A stretch of 64,000 nt of DNA from Lytechinus pictus (taxonomy: Eukaryota), in contig NC_087246.1 in the NCBI RefSeq assembly GCF_037042905.1, forward strand, positions 13,454,001-13,518,000, written 5' to 3'. Below, piece by piece: positions 53,001-63,137 of this stretch (the stretch's first letter is position 1; every line of letters starts with the position of its first letter). The position numbers and the translations under genes were made by a program. Below the pieces are notes generated by a model. It made no database searches, was not told the DNA's origin, and saw nothing but the letters and a program-made list of their open reading frames with translations.

Positions 53001-56000
53001 AGTGTAATGTTATTCAACTTGTGAATTGAACGATGTATTTATGCCAAGACATTCCTTTTCAATGGCCCGTAGATTATTTTTCTTATTTAGGCATAAAAAT
53101 CCCATTAAGCGATAAACATACTTTTTTTTTATTTAAACTTTATACCAAAATTGGATGAGATCAAATCTCTGTTAAACATTTGGAATGGTAGATCTCTTAC
53201 ATTGTATGGAAAGATAGTAGTAATAAAAACATTGGTCATTCCAAAACTAATATATCTTTTAAGCATTATTTAAGACCCACCACCGACCTTCTTTATCGAA
53301 ATGCAACAGCAATTATTTAATTTTTTATGGAGTAAAAAAGGTGATAGGATTAAGCGTTCTCTTTTATACAATGACTACAAAGATGGTGGTCTAAAAATGT
53401 TACATTTGTCATGTTTTAATCAAGCACTTAAAGTATCATGGGTCAAAAGATTTTTAGATGATGATAACAATGGGAAATGGAAGTGTTTATTTTTAAGAAT
53501 CTGTTCGTTTCATTGGTGAGAGCAAATTTACGATTTGGAATATTAGCAAAAGTCATATATTATTCAATCCATGTACCGAAACTTTTTGGAATGATGTATT
53601 GAGTTCATGGTCATATTACAGATACTATAATCCTGTTAAGTTTAAGGAAATACTGTCGCAACCTCTGTGGTTCAATTCACACATTCTATTTGATGGAAAA
53701 CCTCTTTATATTCAAAGATGGTCAGAATCTTCTTTAAACACTATTTACGATTTTCTAACAGAAGATGGACTTTTTAAGTCTTTTGAAGTTATAGTTAAAA
53801 ACTACGGTTACACATCCATCATGATGTATAAATCATTATTATCTGCCATACCAAATGAATGGAAAAGAGTTATTAGAAAAAAATACATAAAACAGAATAC
53901 ACCTTTTGAACCATACGACGATCGATTACGTAATTTCCTTAAACACAAAAAAGTTTCTAAACTATGTTATTCTCATTTTATAAATAATTATACTTTGGAC
54001 GTGTCAGAGACAGATCAACGTTACAAATGGGAAAACGATCTTTCACTGCAATTATCAAATAATGAAATTTGGAATTCTCGTTTTACCCTGATATACAAAT
54101 CGTCAATAGATAACAAACTAAGGAATTTCCAATTTAAATTTATACACAGAAAAGTGTCGACAAATCGTTATTTATATAAAATCGGAATTTTTTATCAAGA
54201 CATATGTGATTTTTGTAATGAACAAAATCAAACATTGATGCATCTGTTTTTTGAATGCCAATTTGTTTCGAACTTTTGGAACGATTTGTGTACTTGGTTG
54301 ACTTTAAAAAATATCCGTTCTTATAAGTTATCTAATTTAGAAATTTGTTTTGGAACATTGGAAAGAGAACATTTTTATTTGGTAAATACCATAATACTAT
54401 ACGGCAAATATTTCATTTTTTCATGCAAATATAGTAAAACAATTCCTCTTTTTAAATCGTTTCTATGTACTCTAACACAGTTAGAAAAAACAGAACGCTA
54501 CATTTCTTTTAAACATAATCGTTCGGAGTTTCACAGAAAAAAGTGGAATATTATTACTATGAAAGAGTAAAGGGCATAGATCTATTTTTTGTTGTTTTGA
54601 ATTAGATCTGTTGTATATTACTTTAACCTAGCATGGTGTCTATCTATATGAATGTAATAGAATCATGTATCTGTTTCTGAGATATTTTTGTTAAAATGTG
54701 AATTGCAAATAAAACTCATTAAAAAAAAAAAAAAAAAAAAACATATTTCTATTTTTCAGGGACTTGAGTTACAATCCCCTATTTCATATAGACGACAATT
54801 CACTTGGAAACTTGTGGAACCTTGAATATCTGTAAGTAGTACCTTTCATGATTTTCAATTGAAATAGAGTAAATACCTTTCCTAATAATTCTCGGATTGG
54901 TCTCTACATCTACTCCAAGACACATACATTTTATGCAATCAGACATCATTATGCTATTTAGATGGATATGTAAGAGAGAGAGAGAAAGAGAGAGCGAGAG
55001 AGAAAGAGAGAGGGGGGAGATCTCGGATGCAACAGTTCAATGTTGCCTGACATACACTACAGCATGTTAGCATACAATACCTACATTCACGATCATATCT
55101 TTTTTCAGTTGATTAGAGAGAATGGCATATAACGAGATGTAACACGAGGGTATTGGAGTGCACTGAGTTGCTTATAAGAACACTTGAGTCGTTTGAAGTG
55201 AGAATCAGATTTAAACGTAATTCATACTATTTCTCAAGGTCTTGCTAATATCCTGGCTGTGGCTTTGGTCTAACAATGTAATATAAAGACACTCTGAGCA
55301 TACATTATGACCTTGTGACAGGGTTGAAACGTATTTGAAAATGTAGTTTGTGATTTTTTTAACTTGAAGTTCAGCCATGGTCACTCTTATTCCCTCTTCA
55401 GGTTTCTTATTGACATATACCTACCATCTTTGGAAGCAGGTATAGCGCATAACCTGTCTTCTCTGACAGCCGTGTAAGTTTATTTTTCTTTTACATATTT
55501 CTGTGATGAATAACAACAATGTGCGAAGAATTTGTTGACATTATCTATTAAAAATAATGAACCATAATCCTAGGTCTGTTCGACTATTGAGGATATGCAG
55601 ACATTTTCAATGAACCAATAAATTTATTGTCGTGTGTAAATAAATGATTTTTTTCTGGATGGTGTTCATCCGGCTTACGATGACCGCTCTTAAGGGAGAT
55701 AAAACAGATATTATGTAAATGTGTAACTTAAAGAACACACATGACGTCTCATTTTTTGCAACAAATCCTAATTTATAATGTGTTTTGCATGTATCATATT
55801 GCAGGAGATGCAGTATTTTGATAACAAAATATTTTGTTCGTTCATTTTCATCTGATAGATCCGCATCAGATAGTAGGATATGCTGTCTTGTATCGCGTGA
55901 GATGAACAATGTCAGCTGTGCCATGACAGCTCCCAAAAGTCCGTTGGACACGTGCGGTAGACTCTATCCAAACGTCGTGCTAAGAATCTTTGGCTGGATC

Positions 56001-56993
56001 ATAGGTCTTACCGCTCTGGTTGGAAATATCACGGTACTCGCTCTAAGATTTCGTCTGAACCAGAAAATAACTGTCCAAACTCTACTGATTATTAATCTAG
56101 CTGTTGTTGACTGTCTCATGGGTGTTTACATGATTTTTGTAACATCAGCTGATGTTCATTTTGGTGATAATTACTTTCTAAGAGCACCATGGTGGCGGGA
56201 TTCAATCGTCTGCAAAGTGGCTGGTTTCCTTGCCTTTCTGTCCAGTGAACTCTCTGTTCTAACATTAACCTTGATCACCCTTGACCGAATGATATGCATA
56301 GTCTATCCTTTTGGGAAACATCGGATGAGCATCAAGGTATCCGCGGTACTTCTAATCGTTATCTGGATATCCGTCTCATTAATTGGTATTGCGCCATTCC
56401 TCGTCAACTCCTCCGATATCTATGGTCTCTCCGACGTCTGTCTTGGATTGCCACTCCATGTTGATTCAGGGGAAACTGGCGTCTTACGATTTCTAAGAGA
56501 ATCTGCCTGGTCTGAAGAATTCATTGTTGTCTACGATGTGATTAGTAGCGAAATTAGACCATCTTGGATATACTCCGTGGTAATCTTCATTGGTGTTAAC
56601 ATGGTGTTGTTCATATTGATGTTGGTCTCCTATATCGTAATGTTCGTTGAAGTTAAGCGATCCACTCGGTCGGTTGGAAACACTGCCGAGACCAGAGGGA
56701 GGGAAATTAAGGTCGCCAGAAAGATGGCGTTTATCGTAGGAACCGATTTTGCTTGCTGGATGCCCATAATAATCATGGGTATCCTTACTCAGACGGGGCT
56801 GGTGGTCTTGCCAAGTTCATTGTATGCATGGGTCGTTATATTTATTTTACCAATTAATTCCTCGATAAATCCATTGATCTATACCTTTATGAATATAAAC
56901 GAAAAGAAGAGGAAACTTAAACAAAGTGCATCTAATACCACAGTTACAAACATTAGTAACTCGCATAACAGCGGAAAGGATACTTCTATTTAA
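25953..56993 (+). CDS. SRCR- and LRR-containing class A GPCR (LGR/GRL101/RXFP-like), ~713 aa; exons 25953-26046, 37737-38066, 39510-39557, 47096-47146, 47593-47644, 48001-48069, 49399-49473, 49826-49897, 50507-50578, 54760-54831, 55402-55473, 55859-56993
   Basis: All modelled junctions are GT-AG with compatible phases (2142 nt). Signal peptide MMTTIINLVLVAMICYFRRAES, SRCR exon, Cys-rich mini-exons, 72-nt phase-2 LRR exons, hinge ICCL...C...PLDTC, and 7TM with DRM, TDFACWMP and LPINSSINPLIY. More exons may lie in the N gaps; the exon 1 linkage is inferred. Confidence 0.75.
26376..26541. mobile_element. Palindromic (hairpin) MITE with CACTG termini
   Basis: The whole element is an inverted repeat, CACTGTAAAAAATGAAGTGC...GCACTTCATTTTTTACAGTG, flanked by TA; second copy at 35637-35806. 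Confidence 0.85.
28713..30018. mobile_element. Foldback/MULE-like element with arrays of inverted subterminal repeats
   Basis: GGTTACA...TGTAACC termini; many AAGGTTCGTTA(A/T)TCCGAA units on the left and their reverse complements on the right; approximate 9-bp TSD AAAGACAAC/CAAGACAAC; another repeat nested in the middle. Confidence 0.65.
31024..31422. repeat. 200-bp tandem duplication
   Basis: AAATCTGCTCATA...TTACACAAGACA occurs twice, nearly identical. Confidence 0.9.
31589..31836. mobile_element. hAT-like MITE
   Basis: Termini CACTAGCGTACCTA / TAGGTACGCCACTG with 8-bp TSD TGTCCAAG. Confidence 0.8.
34415..35142. mobile_element. hAT-like non-autonomous element
   Basis: CAGTGGCGTA...TACGCCACTG with 8-bp TSD GTCATATC; same family as 62233-63137 in the opposite orientation. 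Confidence 0.85.
35585..35845 (-). mobile_element. Degenerate tRNA-derived SINE head interrupted by the hairpin MITE
   Basis: Minus strand reads GAGGTGCCGTGGCCGGGGGGTCAAAGGCGCC...CCCGGGATTCAATTC...CCTTGAACAAGGCA, resembling A/B boxes. Confidence 0.45.
35637..35806. mobile_element. Palindromic MITE, second copy
   Basis: Same hairpin as 26376-26541, flanked by TA. Confidence 0.85.
35905..36301. mobile_element. Tc1/mariner-like MITE
   Basis: TA|CAGTGCGTCCCAGAAAAAACGAAAC...GTTTCGTTTTTTGTGGGACGCACTG|TA. Confidence 0.85.
36810..36990. mobile_element. MITE with long TIRs
   Basis: GTTTCATAAAGCTGTTCGTAAGTTAAGAGCGACTT and its exact reverse complement. Confidence 0.8.
37737..38066 (+). CDS. SRCR domain exon of the GPCR
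   Basis: VRLSTG...EGIVEV...GHICGASW...DADVVCSSLGF...VTCTGDESTLFEC...AGIEC; phase 1-1 exon with aacag|g and g|gtaat. Confidence 0.92.
38150..38745. repeat. Local tandem duplication (~300 bp, partly triplicated)
   Basis: GATGCATTTAATCATCGAACGAG...CCTTCCGCTATAAATGTTGA occurs three times. Confidence 0.8.
40573..44430 (-). CDS. LINE ORF2: APE endonuclease, reverse transcriptase, C-terminal zinc finger
   Basis: FLQETY, VGDFN, RLDRFY, SDHSAV; KSPGIDG, WRPVSLLN, GIRQGCPLS, YADD; CGWC...HLFIEC. Confidence 0.95.
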   Translation of the reverse strand: MALSMLTLNTGGCSSQTQNASFRVYVEQIACNPLVVFLQETYHLKDSNPCWSNWSHKPFCSPGITRGSGVTTLVNNSQVDILSTFIVFDSYILYNKLSHNNCIYHVYNTLIPQSDEMAIKAINALNCHISTCCEDNIVIVGDFNCTENPAIDRLCTLTERRPKLVTALQNVLNKSSLCDAWRFLNPNEKKFTWQRHNPASAHGFSKSRLDRFYVPSCLVSSIHTCEIIPCSLSDHSAVSLTLKFPIRAKGKSAYWIFNNTLLEDESYIDIIRLFWSDWQKERNDFPNLASWWDFGKVHIKSITQMYSKKIVQRKRQALIEINKEIDKLQSAKESSPQDKYTLDEHRNALNSLLKNEARGALVRSRFKYTNETDSCSNFFFNLEKTNSLSKSISRIRLASGRISENPSEIKNHVRDFYESLYTRKPTDKSAINSLLVNIKTLDPSLSKDLENPISVEELDNAVKQLGKNKSPGIDGLTSEFYHVFWPMLKDDFLEVLTSSLESGFLPYSFRRAVITLLPKKGDLADISNWRPVSLLNTDYKIFARLLASRLKSCIDHVIGRDQSYCIPGRSIYDNINLIRDILFYANTDNISLAVLNLDQKKAFDNVDHVYLFNVMKRMGFGSHFISYIRILYEGAESLIKVCGSLTAPFPFEKGIRQGCPLSGLLYTLAIEPLLNSLRENVSNHALNIPAINKPCVVSAYADDVSIFVTADAGFELVEQTYNMFSLASAACLNTKKSQGLWVGRWKGRNDKPLNFSWNSEGLPFLGVHLGNTFNYSKQNWIKCKERLNKTFISWSRLSNSLSFKGKVLIANQLAASKIFHVLAVLSPPENVLNELQNLIVNFIWSNKRHWLKKEVLYEKPDEGGLGLACLQARVLTYRFSIIQRFLSLNSHPVNDFMAHFLRQYCKLGFDYQLFFTRIDPKFYTSLPVYYSEVLRAWLTSGARIVTQSLSFSHAINMPLNSFHIIDAIDVDNFFPTRLMACGVKLVRHLINHSTGLWIESSCLQKNFPRGLRQPSSRLIERETLLIRTALSKVFPTYFNDSGCQHKYSDLLSAPVTPINFTLASSENGLIASSKAIYRIYRKELDNTTILSSSHWHDTGFLDPSTKVNWLSIYQLPTPKKEADIQYRLLHNILPSLTILHHLNTDISSFCGWCGELGTIQHLFIECKGIQPSLNLLHRLLNNLLPSLKLNFDLYWALIPHARGRDRKVIRLANFLIISLKSTIYFMYRTSNFTDPLIIWLHRLKNRILYEFTYYKLCSNIDAFLRKWCMNRLLFTINEGSIAWLI
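44485..46029 (-). CDS. LINE ORF1 with CCHC zinc knuckle (Tx1-type)
   Basis: ASRISNGRIAVYL and HIMSFRRHV motifs, CFNCGEFGHISRNC, Pro/Ser-rich C-terminus. Confidence 0.9.
   Translation of the reverse strand: MASQANQRSVQGQRTTSAAGPLLNNVGHFKNVTRHNGVSFQAIENVTIQSYINVFTTTIPANDVISASRISNGRIAVYLKSKEAVINAVQQGLEYEGAFLELTPLVRPTTRVILSNVYPELPNSVLTENLAPFCKVVSDCKPIPLGFKDKRLNHIMSFRRHVQVLVKPNTTLPDNINFVFSGMNYRVFISTESVRCFNCGEFGHISRNCKKPQSSTNTNQSKTNAAPVSNDTRVRQRGSSPPLTTVSDPMPPSPPPLAATTMPPPVPTSFDFPSLPPRDRGPFSTSATPSRIRKPQSSPLHIPLTSPAQPSSNSTTTPIVVSSKSPPPKSISACPSPVWKTPPSPVRTFSEVVSKRKQLTPESNENNTTLTTLKAPFPLRKVARKAPSSQTETVDSPTLTQVLDSQTPNIPPTPSSTVGDSSTDTDSMTWEDAQTDEDIPKEDALPLTQGPLSQGQIVKFLSNVKGRKKPAQIARKYTSNIPGLVKQLKPLKNSPLVKRNMQQRIYKLISTLES
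48179..48735. mobile_element. GC-rich DNA transposon fragment (Harbinger-like left end)
   Basis: Begins TAAAGGCCCGGTCACA with an abrupt GC shift in an AT-rich intron; no matching right TIR seen. Confidence 0.45.
49399..50578 (+). CDS. LRR exons of the GPCR (49399-49473, 49826-49897, 50507-50578)
   Basis: LYFDNNSLTEIQPGMFEGLSSLRIL and LNLSSNAINYIPNRAFDGLESLVML; phase-2 exons with cag|...|gtaagt. Confidence 0.9.
50607..51407. mobile_element. Head-to-tail pair of ~400-bp MITE-like units
   Basis: Each begins AAGAGTTTG...AGGG(G)TTAGATCC and ends GATCTA...CTTTTG...AGCTCTT. Confidence 0.6.
51972..54741 (+). mobile_element. 5'-truncated, degenerate Tx1/L1-like LINE (RT to 3' end) with polyA tail
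   Basis: KSPGSDG, WRPISLLN, GVRQGCPLSP, QYADD, CDFC...HLFFEC with stops and frameshifts; AATAAA at 54708; A21 tail; 8-bp TSD CATATTTC at 51964 and 54742. Confidence 0.92.
55859..56993 (+). CDS. Terminal hinge + 7TM exon of the LGR-like GPCR
   Basis: Seven hydrophobic segments; NLAVVDCLMGVY, CKVAGFLAFLSSELS, TLDRM, VCLGLP, MAFIVGTDFACWMP, LPINSSINPLIYT, typical of GRL101/RXFP-type receptors. Confidence 0.95.
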
Positions 56994-57167
56994 AGCGTGG
57001 GTTAAAAAATAGAAATGTTATCACTGATTGACAGAAATCAAAGATATCAAGCTTTTGAGATCATCACATTAATGCTAACAGCCTTAATCTGTTAATGGGT
57101 GAAGAGCGAAGAGAGAAAATGTGATAATTATGGGAATAGGTAAGAATGAGTGAAAAATAAACATAAA

Positions 57168-57458
57168 GGCCCGTATTCTGAAGTCAGGTTTAACTTAGAC
57201 CATGTTCTAAATCTGTGCTAAAATTATGGAGGGGGGGGGGAACTAAAAAAAATATGCTTATATTGTATATGTCTTTTAATTTGTTTCCCTTTGCGTTCAA
57301 AATGAAGAAAATATTTCAGTTCTCATTCTGTGACAGCTATAAATGATTTGAGTGTCATAGTTAATAAATAGAATATGACAGATTTGTGCACCAGTTGGCT
57401 CTCCATAGTTAAACTTTAAACCAAGGTTCAATTTAAACCCGAGTTCAGAATACGGGCC
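57168..57458. mobile_element. Harbinger-like MITE
   Basis: GGCCCGTATTCTGAA...TTCAGAATACGGGCC with 3-bp TSD AAA. Confidence 0.8.
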
Positions 57459-58719
57459 AAAGTGATTGGCGCTTCGGTTGTCTGTTGTGACCATCAGGCA
57501 AACTATATGGGTGATATATACGATCTCCCTACATCCAAATGCAAAAGTGGCACTGTCCCGAACTTTACATGCTGTGTTTCTTTACACCTTCATGTATCGC
57601 AAACATGGATCATCCCGGATCTCAATCCGTGATGTTCAGGGGTACAACGTCGTGATTCTCGTCATTCAATACGATCACAACTAGGTCCCATTGATCCCAA
57701 CATGGATGGGTACGAGTCTGTACGAGGTCTACGTGGACTGGGAACGCCTGTAACACGGACCTAGCCGAAATAGTCCCCGGAATGAACACGAAGGGCCAGA
57801 ATTAGCACGGATGTTACTGGATCATCCTTACACGGCCCTTTAAACTTGGATATCCCCAGAATTTTGACGGATGATGTAAACATCAGACCCTATACTCGTA
57901 ATCTATATTAGAGTCTTTCCGTCCTATTTGCCCTTATATCTCTGTAAAAATATGAAATATAAAAGAAAGCTTAAATCAAAACTAGATGGGAGGTATATGC
58001 TATTTTAACCTTCAACCATCCATTCACGAATATCACATTAAAACTTAGTCATTCATGTAGTAAACAAACGCGAATTTCGAATCCGGATGGAATTTGTATT
58101 CGTATATTCGTGCGGACGTATCGGTGTCTACACGGATATACCTTCGGATGCATTCGGTGACTTTACGCGATGGTACATAGTGGCTATACTGCTTAGAGGC
58201 TCCACGTCCCACTAGCAGTACTTGCTATTTCTGTGGAGTCCTTTTACCAATGAAGTTTATATGACAATTTACCCTGTATCAATGTATTTTGACATTATTT
58301 GGTAATAAATTCAGTTCAGGATGATGCTGGGTAAGTCCCCTGCACATACATCCTGATGCCGAAGTGACTGTCTTGCACCGACAACAGTCGCATTTGAAAG
58401 AGAAGACGCCAGTTCATGCAAAAACATTCGCTGTGATTTGCTCATTTTCCCTAAGTATTTACGTAACTACTTAACATCATATATTTGAATTTATCCGATT
58501 GATTCAGTTGAAAGTCGCTTTAATCCGTTTGCCCCCTCCTTAACTTTGTTGCATCTCTGTATATAGGCCTATGCATAAAGCGATTCTTTCAAGGATCTAT
58601 ACTGATGGTAATACTGATCATGATACTGAAAATTATGTAATGATATATAAATCAAATAAAATCTAGTAAATATAGTATATAATACGCCTTCAGTCTAGTA
58701 TCAGGGTACGGATGTACTG

Positions 58720-58851
58720 ATCATCGTCATCACCATCACATCACAATCATCATCATCATCACATCATCATCATCGTCATCATCATCATCATCATCATCAT
58801 CACAATCATCACAATCATCATCATCGTCATCACCATCATTCTCATCATCAT
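58720..58851. repeat. (CAT)n microsatellite
   Basis: Imperfect CAT run. Confidence 0.9.
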
Positions 58852-58923
58852 TCTTTTTCCTATTATTAATGTTATCTTCAAAAGATCATATTATTGTCGC
58901 ATCATTTATTGCCTCTTCGCTAT

Positions 58924-61900
58924 GGCCCGTATTCTGATAGCAGGTTTAATTTAACCCTAGTCTAAAGTTAACCCTGGTTTAACTAAACCTCCTCTAAACA
59001 TCACCACTGGTCTAAGTGTAGTTTAATTATTTTGGTATTCTGATAGCCGGGTTTAACTAAACCTGGGTTAAACCCGGGTTTAAAATTCTTTTTGGAAATA
59101 ATAACCCTCTTTTAACCAAGACTAGCACTTTTTGGTAAATTACTGCTGCAGGGATGACTGCAACAAAGTTTTAAAAATGTCACTAAAGTTGTTTTTTCTT
59201 AAAAATTTGGATTTTATGGAAACTAATTCCAACTATTGTAGTGAAAGAAAAGCATTCATCATCCATATATGGTAAGAAATTTCCATTCACATTATCTTAA
59301 TTTTTGTTAATTACTAAAACATTTCAACCCCAAACCGAGTGACCTGCACAGTTTTTTGTGTATCAGTCCCATTTATTGCTTTTCATGTTTGTCAATATCT
59401 AAATTGACTAGATTCCCCTCACCCACTCTAGACTAGAGTCTAGACTCTAGTCCTAGATCTAAAACAATAAGTTAAATGGTCGACATCTTTATTCTAACTT
59501 TAAGTAAGGGAAATTTTTTATAACTTTTGAGAGTAGTCTTGGGTCTAACATTAGGCTTATAGTTAGATCTAGCCTAGGCCAATTGTTTGGAGGAGAATTG
59601 AACATTGTTTTGACTTTTTTACTTTCCTGAACTGAAGCAAAACGTACCGTACTGTAGCCTAGGCCTAGTCTATTTAGTAATTTAGTGGAGCAACCGAGAC
59701 TGAAGCTACATATTGGTCTAGCCTAAGCCTAATTACAACATTCAGGACTTAGGCTGGCTTAGCCTTGGAACAGGGATAGATATAGATTGCTTTTCTAACC
59801 TTAGTTAGATCTAGTGAAATAGATCTGATTTGTCTTACATAGACAAAAAGCTTTGAACAGTCTCTGCATTGGTTTTTCCGCTGATCTATACCGTATGACA
59901 GTCTACGTTGGCCTCTCTCACCAAGGCAATGTGATATGACAGTAAAATGTCAGAATTTTAAAAATAAATCCCGTTAGATCTGACTATCGCTGCATTGCTT
60001 GACAAGTAACTAGGCCTGGCAAAAGTTAGAATTAGTCATAGACATCTCTCTACTCCTGTTTTAGGTCCATATCTGTTTCTTTGAAGTTTTTTATTTAAAC
60101 ATTTTTGGGGACTCGTTTAGGTTTCCAGGTCCAGCACTAGAAAATAGGCCTAAACCTAGGCCAACGGCTCAGTCTTGACTAGACTAGGCCTGACCTAGAT
60201 TTAAAAAGAATTTAGATCTAACGTTAGGCCTAACGTTAGTCTGTGCTATCTATTCATTCTAGATTCTATTTCTAGCCTAACCGGTAGCCCTAACGTTAAT
60301 AGGATTGGCTGATCTAGTCTATTGTATGATCTAGAATCTCTAATGCTGGCCTAGGCTAGATCTAGACTAAATAACTTAGACTAAAAGTTAGACCCTATCT
60401 AGACCTAGAACTAGATATATCTAGGTCTACATGTAATAGGTCTAGACATTTGTAGACTCTCAACATGCTCAATGTAGATTCCTAAATCAAAAAATAATAA
60501 ATGTAGGCTAGTCTACACTAGATCTAACGTTACTCATCTAATATGCCTTTACTAGGCTTTAAAGGAAGTAACGTTAGGCTAGAGCCTAGAGATCTAAATA
60601 ATAAAGGGGTTCAGATTTTCACCTAATTTCTTTATAATATGTTGTTACCATGGCAACACGATTTCTGATACATACTTTATGTCTCGCACATCTTCAACTC
60701 AAGACTAATGTGTGTGCCAAATTTTATGAGCATTGGTTGAAAAAAGATGAATGAGTTCGAACTACAAAATTTTCACCTTAGTTTAGTTATTTGATATGTT
60801 GTTGCCATGGCAACAGAATTTCTGATACAGGCAAAAATATGTCTTAGACATCTTCACCTCAACATGAATGTATGTGCCAATTTTTTAAGAGAATCGACCA
60901 GTTGGAAACTGATACAGTAGTTCAAATCACTAGATTTTCATCTAACTTTGATATTTGATTTGTTACCATGGCAACATGATTTTTTTATTAAGTCATAAAA
61001 TATATTTTGCACATCTTCACATCAAGACTTATGTTTGTGCCACATTTCATGAGAATTGGTTAAAAACTGAGGAAGTAGTTGGAACAGCAAGATTTTTAAA
61101 TAGTTTTTGCCGTAATATTCCGTTACCATGGCAACACAATTTCCGACACATGCAAAAATGTGTATTGCAAATCTTCACCTCAAGACTTATGTATGTGCCA
61201 AATATCATGAGAAATGGTTTCAGAATTATATAGGCCTAGTAATTAAAACCACACGTTTTTAACCTAATTTTCGATATTTAATATGTTGTTACCATGGCAA
61301 CGCAATTATATACTTTAGGCATAGAATATGTTTTGCACATCTTCACAATAAGACTAATGTATGTGCCAAATTTCATGAGAATTGGTTAAAAACTGAGGAA
61401 GTAGTTGGAACAGCAAGGTTTATACATAGTTTTTGCCATAATATACTGTTACCATGGCAACACAATTTCAAACACATGAAAAAATGTGTCTTGGACATCT
61501 TTACCTCAAAACCAATGTGTGAGCCAACTTTCTTGAGAATTGGCAGAAAACTGATGAAAGTATTTTAAACGGCAAAATTTTGGCCATGATATACTGTTAC
61601 CATGGCAACACAATTTCCAAAAAAGGGGGAAAAAACTTCTCACACCTCATTACCTTGAGAACAATCTATGTTCCAAATTTCATGAAAATCGGTTAAAAAC
61701 TGAGGAAGTAGCTTGTAATGCAATATAGGCATACATTCTAAAAAAATTGTCGGCCATGATTTGTTGGATTTAAACCAGGCTTAAACTACCCCCAGCGCGA
61801 GTTTAACTTTTTGAGGATTTATTACCACACTTAGACCAGGGCTAACTTAAACCTTGCTATCGGAATACGAAACTTAAACCTAGGTTTAAATATGGCAGTT

Positions 61901-62035
61901 TATTACCACACTTAGACCAGGGTTAACTTAAACCTTGCTATCGGAATACGAAACTTAAACCTAGGTTTAAATATGGCAGTTTATTACCACACTTAGACCA
62001 GGGTTAAGTTAAACCACGCTATCAGAATACGGGCC
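58924..62035. mobile_element. 3.1-kb non-autonomous Harbinger-like element
   Basis: TIR GGCCCGTATTCTGATAGC / GCTATCAGAATACGGGCC with TSD TAT; 82-bp tandem subterminal repeats at ~61820-62030; no transposase ORF. Confidence 0.85.
60600..61720. repeat. ~160-bp tandem repeat, seven units, each containing GTT(A/G)CCATGGCAAC
   Basis: Motif starts at 60644, 60801, 60962, 61122, 61288, 61448 and 61596. Confidence 0.9.
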
Positions 62036-62232
62036 TATGTGTTTTATTTGGGAATAAATAGGAAGTACACTTTAACAAAAATTGTCTTGTGATTTTGTAA
62101 TATTTTCTTAAATTCTTTATTGAACCCACTGGCGAAAATCCGTGTTGATGGGTGAGGGGATGACTGAAATATTTTGGCATTTTTTTGCAATCATGTTTTT
62201 AGATATGCAAGGAATTGTCATTGATATGTCCA

Positions 62233-63137
62233 CAGTGGCGACCGTGGGTCACGGCATTGGGGGGGGGGGGGGGGCACCAGCAAAAATTTTGAATGACTGA
62301 GTGAGTGACCTAATAGAGACATTTTAAGGACAATGTTTACGGATATGTATCTCACTGATCAAATAATGCGAGCGAAATTTTTTTATATTCACACCTAAAA
62401 AGGGACATTATAATCAAATTTGTGTAATCATGATAGGTACCTGTCTCGCTTAACAATGCGAGCGCGAAGCGCGAGCTGAAAACTTAGATAATTCAGACCT
62501 GAAGTGGGGCATTCTAAGGTTTCTTTGTAGGAATTAACTAGGACCATACGTAATTCAATATCCAAATGATGCGAGCGCGAAGCGCGAGCTGAAAATGTTT
62601 GATATTCAGATCAGAAGAAGGGACATTTTAAGGACTGATTTTAGGAATTCATGAAGAACAGACATATCTCACCAATCCACTAATGCGAACGTAATCACGG
62701 ACAGGAAATATTTCATATATACGAAGACCTTAACATGGGGCAATCACTTTTGAGTCATGAAAAAGAAGCATATGTCACTACATAAAACAATGATAACTCA
62801 AGTGCTAGGAAATATATTTGGTTTATATTGACTTGAAAACGGGATGTTTTAGTACAACAGGATTATATATCTCGTTAAACAGACAATGCGAGCACCAGGA
62901 ACAATGAAGACGTAGGCCCTGGGCAAATTATGTTTCATAAAGTTATGATAAAAATGTTTCTTATGTAATGTAACTTAACATAGTTATAATATAATATAAC
63001 ATTCTAATGAATAATATTTTCTTCTTTCCCACTACGTTTCTCTTCCCTTTCCCCCTTTCCCCGTTTTTTTTTGGGGGGTCAGCCGATGGGGGGGGGGGGG
63101 GGATGTGCCCCCCATGTCCCCCGTAGTTTCGCCACTG
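62233..63137. mobile_element. hAT-like non-autonomous element
   Basis: CAGTGGCGA...TCGCCACTG with 8-bp TSD TATGTCCA. Confidence 0.85.

Noticed and set aside
55785-55858. N-terminal part of the 402-aa ORF as a standalone GPCR start
   Set aside because: Intronic read-through; the acceptor at 55858 joins the LRR exons in frame.
60600-61720. CRISPR-like array (regularly spaced palindromic motif)
   Set aside because: The spacers are homologous to each other, the context is eukaryotic and there are no cas genes; this is a tandem repeat.
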